61,460 nt of DNA, filler included, from Bdellovibrionota bacterium (GCA_963169515.1; 4 parts of 4 records of this genome joined end to end with filler, not necessarily neighbours in it), one strand, 5' to 3'; shown: positions 30,236-41,597, counted from the first letter of the whole stretch. The notes: generated by a model from the sequence alone, not told the origin. Program-made: numbers and translations.

Positions 30236-31789
30236 TTATAATCCCCTGCCCATTGTGTCTTCTTTAAAGCCAAACCCCGCGCTGCCCTTTTTGTCACCGG
30301 TAAATTCCAACATTTCAATCGCATGTTCTCGATGTGCTGCCGGAACCACAAAACGATCGTCAAATTTAGCAAGCGACGTAAGATAATACACATCCTCTGC
30401 CATTTCAGGTGTGTATCCGACGTCTTTTAAAGCATCCATCGCTTTTTGTTCGGAGATATCGCCTACTGTTTTAAATCGACGGTAAATACGGACAGCCATC
30501 ATTTTTTTTAGCCTATCTTTGACTTTTTCTTCATCGCCAGCGCTAAACATACTGGCTAAATACTTCAGAGGAAACCGCGCCTGATCGACAGTCCCCCAAA
30601 TTTCAGCCGTTGCCGTATTATATAGCCAGTCATCATCCCAAACCTTTGAGATTGGCGAAAGCTTTTCTGCTTGTTTTTTGTTATGTGCCTCTTTAACAGA
30701 AGCCATTACTGGAAGCAATGGCGGAACATAAAACAGCATAGGAAGAGTTCTAAATTCAGCGTGAAGCGGAAGCGCCAATCCCCATTGCTTTATAAACTTA
30801 TATGTAGGTGAGTTTTGCGCAGCGTGAATCGTTGAGTCTGCGATGCCGTTTGCCTTTGCAGAAGCAATAACTTCTGGGTCAAATGGATCCATTAAAATGT
30901 CCATCTGCCGATCGATCAAATCCTTTTCGTCAGCGGACGCCACCTTATGTATAAGATCAGCATCGTATAGTATCACGCCTAAATAACGAATTCGTCCTAC
31001 ACAAGAATGCATACATGCCGGCGCGTAACCCGCCTCGATGCGGGGATAACAAAGAATACATTTCTCGGATTTTCCTGTGTGCCAATTATAGTAAGACTTT
31101 TTATACGGGCACGCAGTTACGCACATTCTCCACGCACGACAAACATTTTGGTTAATTAAAACGACACCATCTTCTCCCCGCTTATAAATTGCCCCAGAGG
31201 GACAAGATGCCACACACGCAGGATTCAGACAGTGGTTACAAATTCGAGGAAGATAAAAGAAGGCCATGCGTTCAAGCTGAAACATGGCTTCTTGCTCTGC
31301 TGGCGACAAGTTCTTAAAGTTTGGGTCATTGCGCGCAAAATCTGGAGTTCCGCTAAGATCATCATCCCAATTCGGTCCCATTTTGATATCGATTGGCTTT
31401 CCTGTGATTAATGAAACAGGACGAGCCGTCGGTTGATCGTCTCCGGCCGGCGATTCTATTAAATCAAGATACTTATAGGTGAACGGCTCATAATAATCAT
31501 CGATTAATGGAAGGTTTGGGTTGTGGAAAATATTTAAAAGACCTTTTTGCTTGCCGGCACCCTTTAACTCAATGCCGTCCCCATTTTTTACCCAGCCCCC
31601 CTGGTAAATATTTTGGTTTTCCCATTTTGTAGGGTATCCCGTACCGGGCTTGGTTTCGACATTGTTCCACCACATATATTCAGCACCCTTGCGATCGGTC
31701 CAAATATTTTTACAAGCGACTGAACATGTGTGGCAGCCAATACATTTATCGAGATGAAAAACCATTGAAATTTGTGAACGAATATCCAT
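30236..31789 (-). CDS. narH: Respiratory nitrate reductase beta subunit
   Basis: LDKCIGCHTC, CNHCLNPAC, CRAWRMC, CILCYPR. Confidence 0.97.
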   Translation of the reverse strand: MDIRSQISMVFHLDKCIGCHTCSVACKNIWTDRKGAEYMWWNNVETKPGTGYPTKWENQNIYQGGWVKNGDGIELKGAGKQKGLLNIFHNPNLPLIDDYYEPFTYKYLDLIESPAGDDQPTARPVSLITGKPIDIKMGPNWDDDLSGTPDFARNDPNFKNLSPAEQEAMFQLERMAFFYLPRICNHCLNPACVASCPSGAIYKRGEDGVVLINQNVCRAWRMCVTACPYKKSYYNWHTGKSEKCILCYPRIEAGYAPACMHSCVGRIRYLGVILYDADLIHKVASADEKDLIDRQMDILMDPFDPEVIASAKANGIADSTIHAAQNSPTYKFIKQWGLALPLHAEFRTLPMLFYVPPLLPVMASVKEAHNKKQAEKLSPISKVWDDDWLYNTATAEIWGTVDQARFPLKYLASMFSAGDEEKVKDRLKKMMAVRIYRRFKTVGDISEQKAMDALKDVGYTPEMAEDVYYLTSLAKFDDRFVVPAAHREHAIEMLEFTGDKKGSAGFGFKEDTMGRGL

Positions 31790-31803
31790 TTTTTTTCCTT
31801 ACC

Positions 31804-34800
31804 TCAAAAAACGACCTTGTCCATACGTTTAACCGTAACGTGAGTATCCCGTTGGGGAGCTATTGGCCCCCAATAATTGAAATGATATGAAAACTGACCG
31901 TATCCTCCACAAAGAAAATTCGGTTTGAGGTGAATCCTTGTAAAGCTATTGTGTCCACCCGCTCGCTTATTGCCTCGAACTTGCGATTTTGGGATCCCAA
32001 CCGTCCGCTCTGGAACGTGATATACAATGCAGACACCCTTCGGTATCCGCGAGCTAACGCAAGCCCTGGTACAATAAACTCCGTGGTCGTTATAAACCTC
32101 CACCCAATCATTATCTTTGATGCCAAGATCGGCTGCGTCTTTTTCGCTCAACCAGCAGGGCTCGCAACCCCGCGATAGGGTCAACATTCGATGGTTATCC
32201 ATATATGTTGAATGGATATGCCATTTTCCATGTGGGGTTAAGCAGTTGAGCACTTTGGCGCTTCCACCTTTCAAGGTTTCTTTTAAGTCCCCGTATGCCT
32301 CTGGTCGGGGTGACGGCTTATACGTCGGCAAATGCTCCCCATAAGCCAAATACATGTCGTGATCGAGATAAAAATGTTGCCGCCCCGTTAGGGTTCGCCA
32401 TGGAACTAGACGATCCACATTATATGTGTATGCGGCGTAAGCTCGCCCATTATTCATAAGCCCAGACCAAATCGGAGACGTGTTGTAACGCCGTGGTTGA
32501 GCTTGCAAATCGGCGTAACGAATTCGGATGTCGCCGCTGCCTTCGGCCAAATCCTTGAGCTCCAGGCCCGTACGCTTCTCCACGTTTTCGTAGGCTCGTG
32601 TTGCCAGGGCTCCATTCGTTAAGGTTGATAGATGCAAAATAACATTAAGAGCAGAAACATCTTCTTTTAAGGAAGGAAGCGATTTTCCGTCAATCTTTTC
32701 GACTGGAAAATGATTCGAAGTGATCAACTCATCATATTCTTCCGCACACATATAATTGGTTCCATGCGCGCCACAGCCCTTGGTTTTGACATTTTCTCCA
32801 AGAGTTATGAATTTTTCATAAATCTTAGTGTAATCTCGTCGAACCACGGCAAGCTTATGCATGGTTTTGCCAAGCACGGGATCACATTCGCCTTTGTACC
32901 AATCTTTCACGCTTGGTTGTGTGATCTCATCTGGTGAATCATGGGACAGGGCTCCTGCAACGATATCAATTTGTGGTTCTGCCAGATGCTTTTTCGCAAG
33001 CTCGCTCGTAACCCGGGCGACCTCTTTAAAGATATCCCAATCTGTTTTCGCTTCCCATACCGGCGCGATCGCCGCTGACAACGGATGAATGAACGAGTGT
33101 AAATCCGTGCTGTTCATATCGGCTTTTTCATACCATGAAGCCGCTGGTAAAACGATGTCAGAATAAAGCGCGGAAGAATCCATCCGGAAATTAAGATCAA
33201 CAACAAGATCCATTTTTCCTTTTGGTGCAATGTCATACCACTTTAGATCTTTTGTGTGCTCTTCAGAATCTTTGCCAATAAGATTTGAGTGTGTTCCAAG
33301 ATAATGTTCGAACGCGTACTCATGACCCTTCATGCTACCTGTGATTGCATTTCCTCGCCAAATGTACCAAACCCTCGGATGATTTTCTTCAGCCTCAGGC
33401 TCCGCAACGGAATATTCTAGTTTTTTTGATTTCAATTTTTCAAAAACATATTTGGTGATGCTTTCGTCGTCCTTTGCCCCGCTTGCGACAGCCTCTTTTC
33501 CAAGTTCCAACGTGCTTTGTTTAAACTGAGGGAAATATGGCATCCATCCATTCCGGACGGAAGACACAATTGTGTCCGCAGTGTGCTTTGCGGTCATGTC
33601 GTTTTTAGGAACCGTGTTGTAACGTGAGTATTGTCCATCATAACGATATTGGCAGGTGTTAATATAATGCCACAGCGGCGCTTGTTGTAAGCGACTTGCT
33701 GGATGCCAGTCTTTTGCAAAGGCAACCGTTCCCCATGAATCAACAGGCGCTAATTTTTCCTGACCTACATAGTGATTTTAGCCCCCCCCATTTCGCACAA
33801 CGCAACCGGTAAGCATCAACGACATTGCGCCCGCTCGATACATCAAATTAGAGTGGTACCAGTGATTAACCCCCGCGCCGACGATGATCATGCATTTGCC
33901 TTGAGTTTTTTCAGCAGTATTTGCCCATTCTTTGGCAAATTGGATAACCGTTTGCGAGTCAATGCCCGTGATTACCTCTTGCCATGCTGGCGTGTAAGCT
34001 GCGTCTTTATCCGTGTAATCTTTTGGATAATCGCCGGGAAGACCTCGCCCAACTCCGTATTGAGCCATAATCAAATCATAAACTGTCGCAACAACAACTT
34101 CACCTTGGGTGGTGGTGACCTTTTTAACCGGAACACCCCTCAGCGCCCTTTTATCCAATCCAAATTCAGTGAATTCGACAGTCATAACGCCATCGTTTTT
34201 GTTTAACAATGTTAGCTGTGGATCATACGGATTATCATCCGCAGAGTTTTCAAGCTTCATGTTCCATTTGCCAAGCTCTTTACTCCAGCGGTGTCCCATC
34301 GCACCCTTTGGTACTACATATTTATTTGTTTTTTCATCAATGTTGACGAATTTCCAATCGCCATTTTCAATATCTTTAAATTGTGCAAGCTCGTTGGCGC
34401 GCAACAATCTTCCGGGCTTATAATGGTTCCCCTCTTTATTCAAAATTACGAGATATGGACTGTCTGTGTACTGTTTTCCATATTTCAAAAAATACGGAGT
34501 TTGTTTTTCATGATGAAATTCTTTTAAAATGACATGCGAAACAGCCATCCAAAACGCACCGTCGCTGCCTGCGTGCAGCGGCACCCATTGATCGGCGTAT
34601 TTGCAAACCTGACTAAAATCTGGAGAGAAAACCACGGCTTTCGTGCCATTGTGCCGCGATTCTGCAAAGAAGTGACAATCCGGGGTTCGTGTCATATTTA
34701 GGCAGGCACCCATGTCGGCAATCATTTTAGCGTTGTACCAATCTGCGCTTTCGCAAACATCAGTTTGCTCGCCCCAAATTTCAGGGAATGCCGTCGGAAG

Positions 34801-35418
34801 GTCACAGTACCAATCATAGAAGCTCAGGCAAACGCCACCAAAGAGCTGTAGAAAACGGGCCCCCGATGCATAGCTAAGCATGGACATTGCGGGTATCGGC
34901 GAAAATCCAATGACTCGATCCGGACCATATTTTTTCGCAGTATAAATGTTGGCCGCAGCAAGTAGCTCTAACATTTCATCCCAAGTCGCACGCCGAAAGC
35001 CCCCTTTGCCGCGCGCCCGTTGATATTTTTTGCGTTTTTCAGGATCTTTCTGAAGATTTTCCCACGCCGTGACTGGATCTCCTGCCTTTTCTTTTTCTGC
35101 GCGATAGGCATCAATAAGTGCTCCGCGGATCAACGGGTATTTGATACGGAGTGGACTATAAAGATACCAAGAATAAGATATCCCTCGTTGGCACCCGCGT
35201 GGTTCGTAAGGCGGCAACGAACTTTCGAGAAGAGGGTAATCGAGCTGCTGTGTTTCCCAAACGACGATACCGTCCTTAACATGAATTTGCCAGGAGCACC
35301 CGCCTGTACAATTCACTCCGTGCGTACTGCGGACAATCCGGTCATGTTGGAAACGATTGCGATAAAATTCTTCCCACTTGCGTGTCTCTGGAGAAATGAT
35401 GTCTTTAATCCAACCCAT
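31804..35418 (-). pseudogene. narG: Respiratory nitrate reductase alpha subunit interrupted by one in-frame TAA (nonsense mutation or base-call error)
   Basis: [11 protein letters not shown]0 motif, [10 protein letters not shown]; the frame continues [20 protein letters not shown] across TAA 33778-33780 into ORF 31804-33597 (TPHGKWHIHSTY). Confidence 0.9.
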
Positions 35419-35427
35419 ATGCCTCTC

Positions 35428-35910
35428 CTATTCGGATTTCACTTGCCGATCGTAGATTTCTTGATTGACGGAATTTCTTTTTCTTCTTCTGCCTATTAAC
35501 GAATAAAAACCGAGCAATGCGATCACTCCGACCGAACCCGCCCCGAACATTGCCCAACCATATTCCCGCGGCTGATGGAGCGTATTTTCTTTGTCTGTGA
35601 ACTGAAGGAAGGCGACCAGCGCGGAAACTTCTGCCTCCGTTACAGGCTTGTTCTCAAATGCCGCTTTCATTACAGGAAATGGTGGGCTTGAAACTATCGC
35701 CCGCACACCGGCCCCGCCCATGCGAGAAAAAACCGTGGTTAATTCCTTCGCCAAAATTCCGCCGCCGTATACCGATTCATTTTCGACATTGTGGCACGCG
35801 ATGCAGGACGGGCCGCCATTTGAAAATCGAATTTTTCCTTGAAATAGATTTTGTCCCAAAAGAATTTCTTCTGGTGTGCCCTCGGCCACCGTGGCTGTTG
35901 CGGGCGCCTC
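35428..35910 (-). CDS. Membrane-anchored cytochrome c upstream of narG, NarC-like (5' truncated)
   Basis: NGGPSCIACH, PFPVM, C-terminal TM followed by RRRKR. Confidence 0.8.
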   Translation of the reverse strand, partial: EAPATATVAEGTPEEILLGQNLFQGKIRFSNGGPSCIACHNVENESVYGGGILAKELTTVFSRMGGAGVRAIVSSPPFPVMKAAFENKPVTEAEVSALVAFLQFTDKENTLHQPREYGWAMFGAGSVGVIALLGFYSLIGRRRKRNSVNQEIYDRQVKSE

Positions 35911-35911
35911 T

Positions 35912-36011
35912 NNNNNNNNNNNNNNNNNNNNNNNNNNNNNNNNNNNNNNNNNNNNTTAATTAATTAANNNNNNNNNNNNNNNNNNNNNNNNNNNNNNNNN
36001 NNNNNNNNNNN
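35912..36011. other. Artificial contig linker
   Basis: N-run with TTAATTAATTAA. Confidence 0.99.
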
Positions 36012-36012
36012 C

Positions 36013-36954
36013 GTAAGTATTAGAAAGCAAATGGCAATGGATTTGGGGATCGTGGTTCCAAGCGTTCACATTCGCGACAACCTACAATTAGATCCTGGTG
36101 AATATCGAATAATGATAAAAGGCTCTGAAATTGGAAAAGGCAAATTGCGTCCAGACAGTGTGATGGCAATGGACCCTGGAAATGTTTCTACTCCGATGGC
36201 AGGAATTCCGACGAAAGAACCTGCTTTTGGTCTTGATGCAATTTGGATTTCTCCGAACAATAAACAAGAGGCCGAGATCGCAGGCTACACCGTGGTTGAC
36301 CTTGCAACCGTTATTGCAACTCATTTGACTGAAGTTATTCGTACCCATGCACACGAATTATTGGGTCGCCAAGAAGCGGCTCGTTTGATTGAGAACTTTA
36401 AGAAAACGCACCCCAAAGTGGTCGATGAGCTTATTCCAGAACATATGTCGGTCGGAGCTGTGGTTCAGGTTCTCAAAGGTCTTTTGCGCGAGCAAGTTTC
36501 CATTCGTGACTTCCTGACTATTTTAGAATCACTTGCAGATGAAGCTCCAAAAAATAAAGATATAGAAACTCTTGTCGAAAGCGTACGTAAAAAGCTATCT
36601 CGCAGTATTACTCGTAAATACGCAAACGATGAAGGCACTATTTCGGTGATGAGTCTCGATGCTCGGGTTGAAGAGCTGGTGACCAATTCTTTGCTACAAA
36701 CGGAACAGGGTATTCAACTTGTGATGGATCCAAAGTCAGCTCATCAGTTAATTGGCAATATCAGTCGAACAATTGAAACGCACCCAGAAATCGCGGCACA
36801 ACCAATTTTGTTAACATCTCCGACAATCCGACGACATTTATTTAAATTAATATCAAGATTTATTCCTCAGCTTGTCATTCTTTCTCATAATGAATTAACG
36901 GCAGATGCACACGTCGCGTCTGTAGGAACTGTGGAGCTGGCAAATGCAAGTTAA
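36013..36954 (+). CDS. flhA: Flagellar export protein FlhA, C-terminal part (5' truncated)
   Basis: HIRDNLQL, EPAFGL, GYTVVD...VIATHL, VSIRD; followed by flhF. Confidence 0.95.
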   Translation, partial: VSIRKQMAMDLGIVVPSVHIRDNLQLDPGEYRIMIKGSEIGKGKLRPDSVMAMDPGNVSTPMAGIPTKEPAFGLDAIWISPNNKQEAEIAGYTVVDLATVIATHLTEVIRTHAHELLGRQEAARLIENFKKTHPKVVDELIPEHMSVGAVVQVLKGLLREQVSIRDFLTILESLADEAPKNKDIETLVESVRKKLSRSITRKYANDEGTISVMSLDARVEELVTNSLLQTEQGIQLVMDPKSAHQLIGNISRTIETHPEIAAQPILLTSPTIRRHLFKLISRFIPQLVILSHNELTADAHVASVGTVELANAS

Positions 36955-38365
36955 AAAATTTGAAGCGACCAATATGAGCGAAGCGCTTGAAATGGTAAAA
37001 ATCCATCTGGGGCCCGACGCTATCATTCTTTCGGTTAAGGATAACAGCGCCGGGTTCGGTCTGATGGGGAAAAAAAGTATCGAAGTCACTGCTGCGATTT
37101 CACAAAAGCAGCTCGAGAGAAAACAGTGGGCGGAGGGCCGCTTAAGTGGTGACGATCTATTAAAGCTTAGAAAATCCCCCGCACGATCCCAAAAACATTT
37201 CATAGAAAAAAGTGTAAACCGTTATTTGAAACCGCAAGTTGTTGAAAACGTAGTTACACCAGTGCAACGTGGGCGTGAAACTACTCAGACACGATATATA
37301 GATATTGGTGATGATCAGTTGGGCAACCGTGTCGATCAACTATTAAAACGAATGGGCTCGTCTGTATCGCAGACGATTACGGGGGACGGCAGCGCTACCC
37401 GCGTGAAACAAGCGGCGCGAAATGCATTAGATGCATTTGAACGAACCAACAATGTTGCTCGGGTTGCTTACGGAGATCCAGAGGTTGAAAATTTACGTGC
37501 TGAGGTTCAAGAGCTTAAAAAGCATTTATTTGATCTACGGAAACAACAGTCGTCAAATCCCTGGGTAAAGTCCATCGACCTTCCGCCGGAATTCAAAGAG
37601 TGCTTTGATCGTTTGATTCGATCCGGCTTGTCGGAAAGTGTCGTAACTGCGCTTCTTCAACAAGCTCGTGAAGAAGTCCGTCCAGAACAATATAAAACTG
37701 CGCTAATTGAAGCGTGGGTTGTTAAAAAATTATTGTCAGACATTAAGATTTCAGACTCATCCAGGCCCGCACCGATTCAAATTTTTATTGGACCGCGCGG
37801 CCATGGGAAAACGACTCATCTGGTAAAAATGGCAAGTCATTATGTGATACATGAAAATAAAAAAGTAGCTATTTTTACAGCGGACCAGAACAAAGTTGGA
37901 GCGACAGACCAGCTGAGAATTTACGCTCAAATTTTGAATGTCCCATTTGGAGTAATTCGCAGCGCCCAAGACTGGGAAAATGTTCGCCAGAATATGGCTA
38001 ATTTTGACTATGTTTTTGTAGATTACCCCGGTTCTTCTATCAAAAATATCAATGAAATGTCGGAAATTAGAAGATTGTTGCCACCAGTAACAATGGAAAA
38101 AGACATCCATCTGACGCTTTCGGTGACTTGTAAGGATGACGACGCCATTGAATTTGCTGAGCGCTATAAGTTTTGCAACTACAAGGATGTGGTCTTTACG
38201 TTCCTCGATGAATCGGTGAACCACGGATTAGTATACAACTTTAGCAAGATGTTTAGTATTCCCTTACATTCGTTCGGGGTGGGATCGAAAATTCCTGAAG
38301 ATTTTGAATTTGCAACGCGAGAACGAGTAATTGATTTGATTTTTAAGATATCGAAACTTTGGTAA
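36944..38365 (+). CDS. flhF: Flagellar SRP-type GTPase FlhF
   Basis: MQVKKFEA...LGPDAIILS, GxxGxGKTT, QLRIYA, IPEDF; synteny. Confidence 0.9.
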   Translation: MQVKKFEATNMSEALEMVKIHLGPDAIILSVKDNSAGFGLMGKKSIEVTAAISQKQLERKQWAEGRLSGDDLLKLRKSPARSQKHFIEKSVNRYLKPQVVENVVTPVQRGRETTQTRYIDIGDDQLGNRVDQLLKRMGSSVSQTITGDGSATRVKQAARNALDAFERTNNVARVAYGDPEVENLRAEVQELKKHLFDLRKQQSSNPWVKSIDLPPEFKECFDRLIRSGLSESVVTALLQQAREEVRPEQYKTALIEAWVVKKLLSDIKISDSSRPAPIQIFIGPRGHGKTTHLVKMASHYVIHENKKVAIFTADQNKVGATDQLRIYAQILNVPFGVIRSAQDWENVRQNMANFDYVFVDYPGSSIKNINEMSEIRRLLPPVTMEKDIHLTLSVTCKDDDAIEFAERYKFCNYKDVVFTFLDESVNHGLVYNFSKMFSIPLHSFGVGSKIPEDFEFATRERVIDLIFKISKLW

Positions 38366-38402
38366 AAATGTTTGCCAAAAAGATTTGGCAGAGGAGCCTT
38401 TC

Positions 38403-39242
38403 ATGACAATGCCGCAATATGAAGTAGAAAGCGGATTTCAAAGAACAAAGACGCTGACGATCACGTCCGGCAAGGGCGGAGTGGGCAAGACGACCGTCAC
38501 GAGTAATCTTGCAAATCAATTGGCAAAGCAAGGGAAAAAAGTGCTTATTCTAGACGGTGACCTGGGAATGGCGAACGTAGACATCATGTTTGGCAAAAAG
38601 GCGACACGGAATGTTTTAGATGTCGTTAATGGTGAATGTGGTTTGAATGAAATTCTTTTTGAGCTTGCTCCGAATATTCATTTGATCTCAGGGGGAAGCG
38701 GGATCAAAGAACTTCAAAATTTGAGTGAGTTTCAAAGACGTTTATTGATTGATCAGGTGAGCCAAATTCCAAATCAGTTTGATTACTTGATTATAGATAC
38801 GGCACCGGGGATTGACGACAATGTTCTTTATTTGAATGCAGCGGCTTATGACGTCAACATCATAGTTACGCCAGATCCTGCGAGTTTGACGGACTCATAC
38901 GCACTTATAAAAGTACTAAATAAATTTTATAAGCAAAATCGTTTTTCAATTATTTCAAACTTTGTGAAGGACGAGGCAGAGGGATTGTCTTTGTATAAGC
39001 GGATTAGCGACGTTTCTTCGCAGTTTCTAAATGTCAGCTTGGATTACAAGGGAAGTATTCCGATGGACCCGTATGTTCGAAATGCAACAAAGTCGCAACA
39101 ATTGGTGACCACGACCTACCCTTCATCCCCGTCTAGTCTAGCAATTACAAGTTTGGCTAAGAAATTAAGTGGATTCAAGGACATCGAAGAGATTCAGGGG
39201 GGTATGCAGTTCTTCTGGAAGCACGTATTTGGTGTGGCATAG
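38403..39242 (+). CDS. flhG: MinD-like ATPase FlhG
   Basis: TSGKGGVGKT, DGDLGMAN, DTAPG; lies between flhF and fliA. Confidence 0.92.
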   Translation: MTMPQYEVESGFQRTKTLTITSGKGGVGKTTVTSNLANQLAKQGKKVLILDGDLGMANVDIMFGKKATRNVLDVVNGECGLNEILFELAPNIHLISGGSGIKELQNLSEFQRRLLIDQVSQIPNQFDYLIIDTAPGIDDNVLYLNAAAYDVNIIVTPDPASLTDSYALIKVLNKFYKQNRFSIISNFVKDEAEGLSLYKRISDVSSQFLNVSLDYKGSIPMDPYVRNATKSQQLVTTTYPSSPSSLAITSLAKKLSGFKDIEEIQGGMQFFWKHVFGVA

Positions 39243-39300
39243 AAAAAAATGGGTTCTATAGGTTTTCTCAGTTTGATAAAATATTTAGATAGGGTGGAAA

Positions 39301-40086
39301 ATGGGGAATAAAACAACGATCTTAAAGAAATTTAAAGACAAACCTACGCGCTTAACAATAGATCAAAAAAATCAGCTTATTTTAGAATATGCACCTCTAA
39401 TTAAATTTATAGCTCAGAAAATTGCGATACGACTTCCGGCAAATATAGAATTGGATGATTTGATTTCGGCGGGTGTGATTGGCTTAATGGATGCGATCGA
39501 AAAATATGATGAAACTCGTGATAACACATTCAAGACTTATGCAGAGTTTCGTATTCGCGGAGCCATCTTGGATGAATTGCGTGCGCAAGACTGGGTTCCG
39601 CGTTCTGTTCGGGACAAGGCAAAGGTTTTGGACCGTACAATGGTAAAATTAGAGGCCGAGCTAGGCAGAAACGCGACAGAAGAAGAAGTGGCGGGTAAGC
39701 TTGGATTAAATATGGATGAGTTTCATGACTTGGTTAACCAGGTTCGCCCGGTGAGCTTGCTTTCGATCGACGAAGCGGCGACATTTAGCAATGTGGACAA
39801 AAAATCAATTCTGAATTTACTTGAAAGCTGCAAGATTTCAAATCCGTTTAATCAATTGAATCTAAAATCAATCAAAGAGATTGTTACGAGAGCTATTGAA
39901 GAGCTTCCAGAGAAGCAAAGGCTGGTTTTGTCTTTGTATTATTATGAAGATTTAAACTTGAAAGAGATCGGGCAAGTCCTTCGCGTTACTGAAAGTCGCG
40001 TGTCGCAACTTCATGCGCAGGCCGTTTCGCGCCTACGTGGCAAGCTTGCAACCCACTTTGACTTCGACTCCGAAGAAGTTGCCTAA
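39301..40086 (+). CDS. fliA: RNA polymerase sigma-28
   Basis: DDLISAG, RIRGAILDELRAQDWVPRS, TESRVSQLH. Confidence 0.96.
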   Translation: MGNKTTILKKFKDKPTRLTIDQKNQLILEYAPLIKFIAQKIAIRLPANIELDDLISAGVIGLMDAIEKYDETRDNTFKTYAEFRIRGAILDELRAQDWVPRSVRDKAKVLDRTMVKLEAELGRNATEEEVAGKLGLNMDEFHDLVNQVRPVSLLSIDEAATFSNVDKKSILNLLESCKISNPFNQLNLKSIKEIVTRAIEELPEKQRLVLSLYYYEDLNLKEIGQVLRVTESRVSQLHAQAVSRLRGKLATHFDFDSEEVA

Positions 40087-40175
40087 TAATAAAAGGTTCC
40101 AGGTTCCTTTTTTCGCCTAGATGTCCGATTAGCGGACTGACGTAGTCATTCTTCACCGTGCAAATGGAACTCTTG

Positions 40176-41165
40176 CTACTTAAAAAAAGATTCTTTGAGA
40201 TTTTTAATTAATCTTTCTTCTAACTGACGGGCGCGCTCGCGGGTGATGCCGAAGCGATCGCCAATTTCTTGCAAGGTTTTTGGTTCGTCGGACAAAATGC
40301 GCTCTTCTAAAATTGCAAGTTCTTTGTCATTTAAAGAAGGTTTAATTTCCGCTACCTTTGTTTTTAGTAATTCAACCAATTGATTGTTTTCAATTTGCCG
40401 GTCGGGGGATTCAGAACCGTCTGACTGCAAATCGATCAGATGTGTACCTGACTCGTCATCCAAGGGTGCATCCAAGCTGATGTCACGATTCCGCATTCGC
40501 TGGTTCATGATTTGTACGTCCTTTTCAGATACATCCAGGCGACTGCTTAAAAGTGCAAGCGGGGCTTCCTGTCCCAAGGACTCCATTTTTTGCTGTTCTT
40601 TCTGCAAGCGATAAAACAGTTTTTTTTGATTGCGTGTAGTTCCAATTTTTACGACCGAATATTGTTTCAAAAGATAATCGCGGATGTATCCCCGTATCCA
40701 CCAAACGGCATAGGTAATAAGCCGCACACCCTTGTATGGGTTAAATTCTTTCACGGCATGCATAAGGCCGACATTGCCCTCTTGAATGACGTCCATGATT
40801 TTTGCTCCGTACTTTGAATATTCTAGCGCAATTTTTACAACAAACCGTAAGTTCGACGTCACCAGTTTTTCTGCTGCGATAGGGTCTCGGTTTTTATGGT
40901 AACGAAGTGTGAGTTCCTGCTCTTCATCCTTGGTCAGAAGCGGATACTTGCGAATTTCACTAAGGTACAGCAGCAATGGATCGCTGGGAACTAGACTTGC
41001 GTCATTTTTTGAATCATCGGTCCAAAGCTCAGTCTCTATGGGTGTGGCAGGACGAACATTTTTCTTAGTCTTTTTTTTTGAAGAAACAACGCTAGCCTCA
41101 ACGACTATTGCGCTTTTTGCTTTGTCTTTTTTTGGGCCTCGTTTTGGCGAGGATTTACGAGCCAT
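40176..41165 (-). CDS. rpoH: RpoH-like sigma-70 family factor
   Basis: NLRFVVKIA, QEGNVGL, YAVWWIR, RpoH-box-like QKKLFYRL, TRERARQLE. Confidence 0.85.
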   Translation of the reverse strand: MARKSSPKRGPKKDKAKSAIVVEASVVSSKKKTKKNVRPATPIETELWTDDSKNDASLVPSDPLLLYLSEIRKYPLLTKDEEQELTLRYHKNRDPIAAEKLVTSNLRFVVKIALEYSKYGAKIMDVIQEGNVGLMHAVKEFNPYKGVRLITYAVWWIRGYIRDYLLKQYSVVKIGTTRNQKKLFYRLQKEQQKMESLGQEAPLALLSSRLDVSEKDVQIMNQRMRNRDISLDAPLDDESGTHLIDLQSDGSESPDRQIENNQLVELLKTKVAEIKPSLNDKELAILEERILSDEPKTLQEIGDRFGITRERARQLEERLIKNLKESFFK

Positions 41166-41166
41166 G

Positions 41167-41472
41167 TTAGCCTAGAATTTTGCTCAGCTTATTTTGAAGT
41201 GTCGATTCAACTATGCCTTTAAATGGGGTCATCATCAGAGGAATTTCCACCAAAATTTCCACATGGGCGTTTGCGCCTTCGGGTTTAACGGACAATTGGG
41301 CGTTGAACTTGTTGCCTTTAGCGGTACCTGTCATTTTATCATCTTGAAATTGACACTGGTAGCTAGAATCCATTCGCTTCAGATCCGGATCCGACGCCAA
41401 GAAGGTTTTTAGTTTCTGAAAGGCCTCTTGGGGATCAGTAGCTATTGATTTTTGAACTGATATTTTTGGCAT
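41167..41472 (-). CDS. Small conserved protein, resembling the polyhydroxyalkanoate-system protein family
   Basis: 101 aa; pattern ending IPLMMTPFKGIVESTL; family call from recall. Confidence 0.55.
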   Translation of the reverse strand: MPKISVQKSIATDPQEAFQKLKTFLASDPDLKRMDSSYQCQFQDDKMTGTAKGNKFNAQLSVKPEGANAHVEILVEIPLMMTPFKGIVESTLQNKLSKILG

Positions 41473-41597
41473 AGGGAACCTCGTTCGACAAAACTATACT
41501 TTTTTGCATCCCTTGTCTACATTTTTGCCCCACTAAACTTTGACTAAAAACGAGCAATTATGAGAATTTAGGGGATGTCTTAAAGGTCAGGGGTTCA

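Noticed and set aside
33782..33789. G8 tract in narG as a phase-variation switch
   Set aside because: The downstream sequence is already in frame, so slippage would not restore the gene
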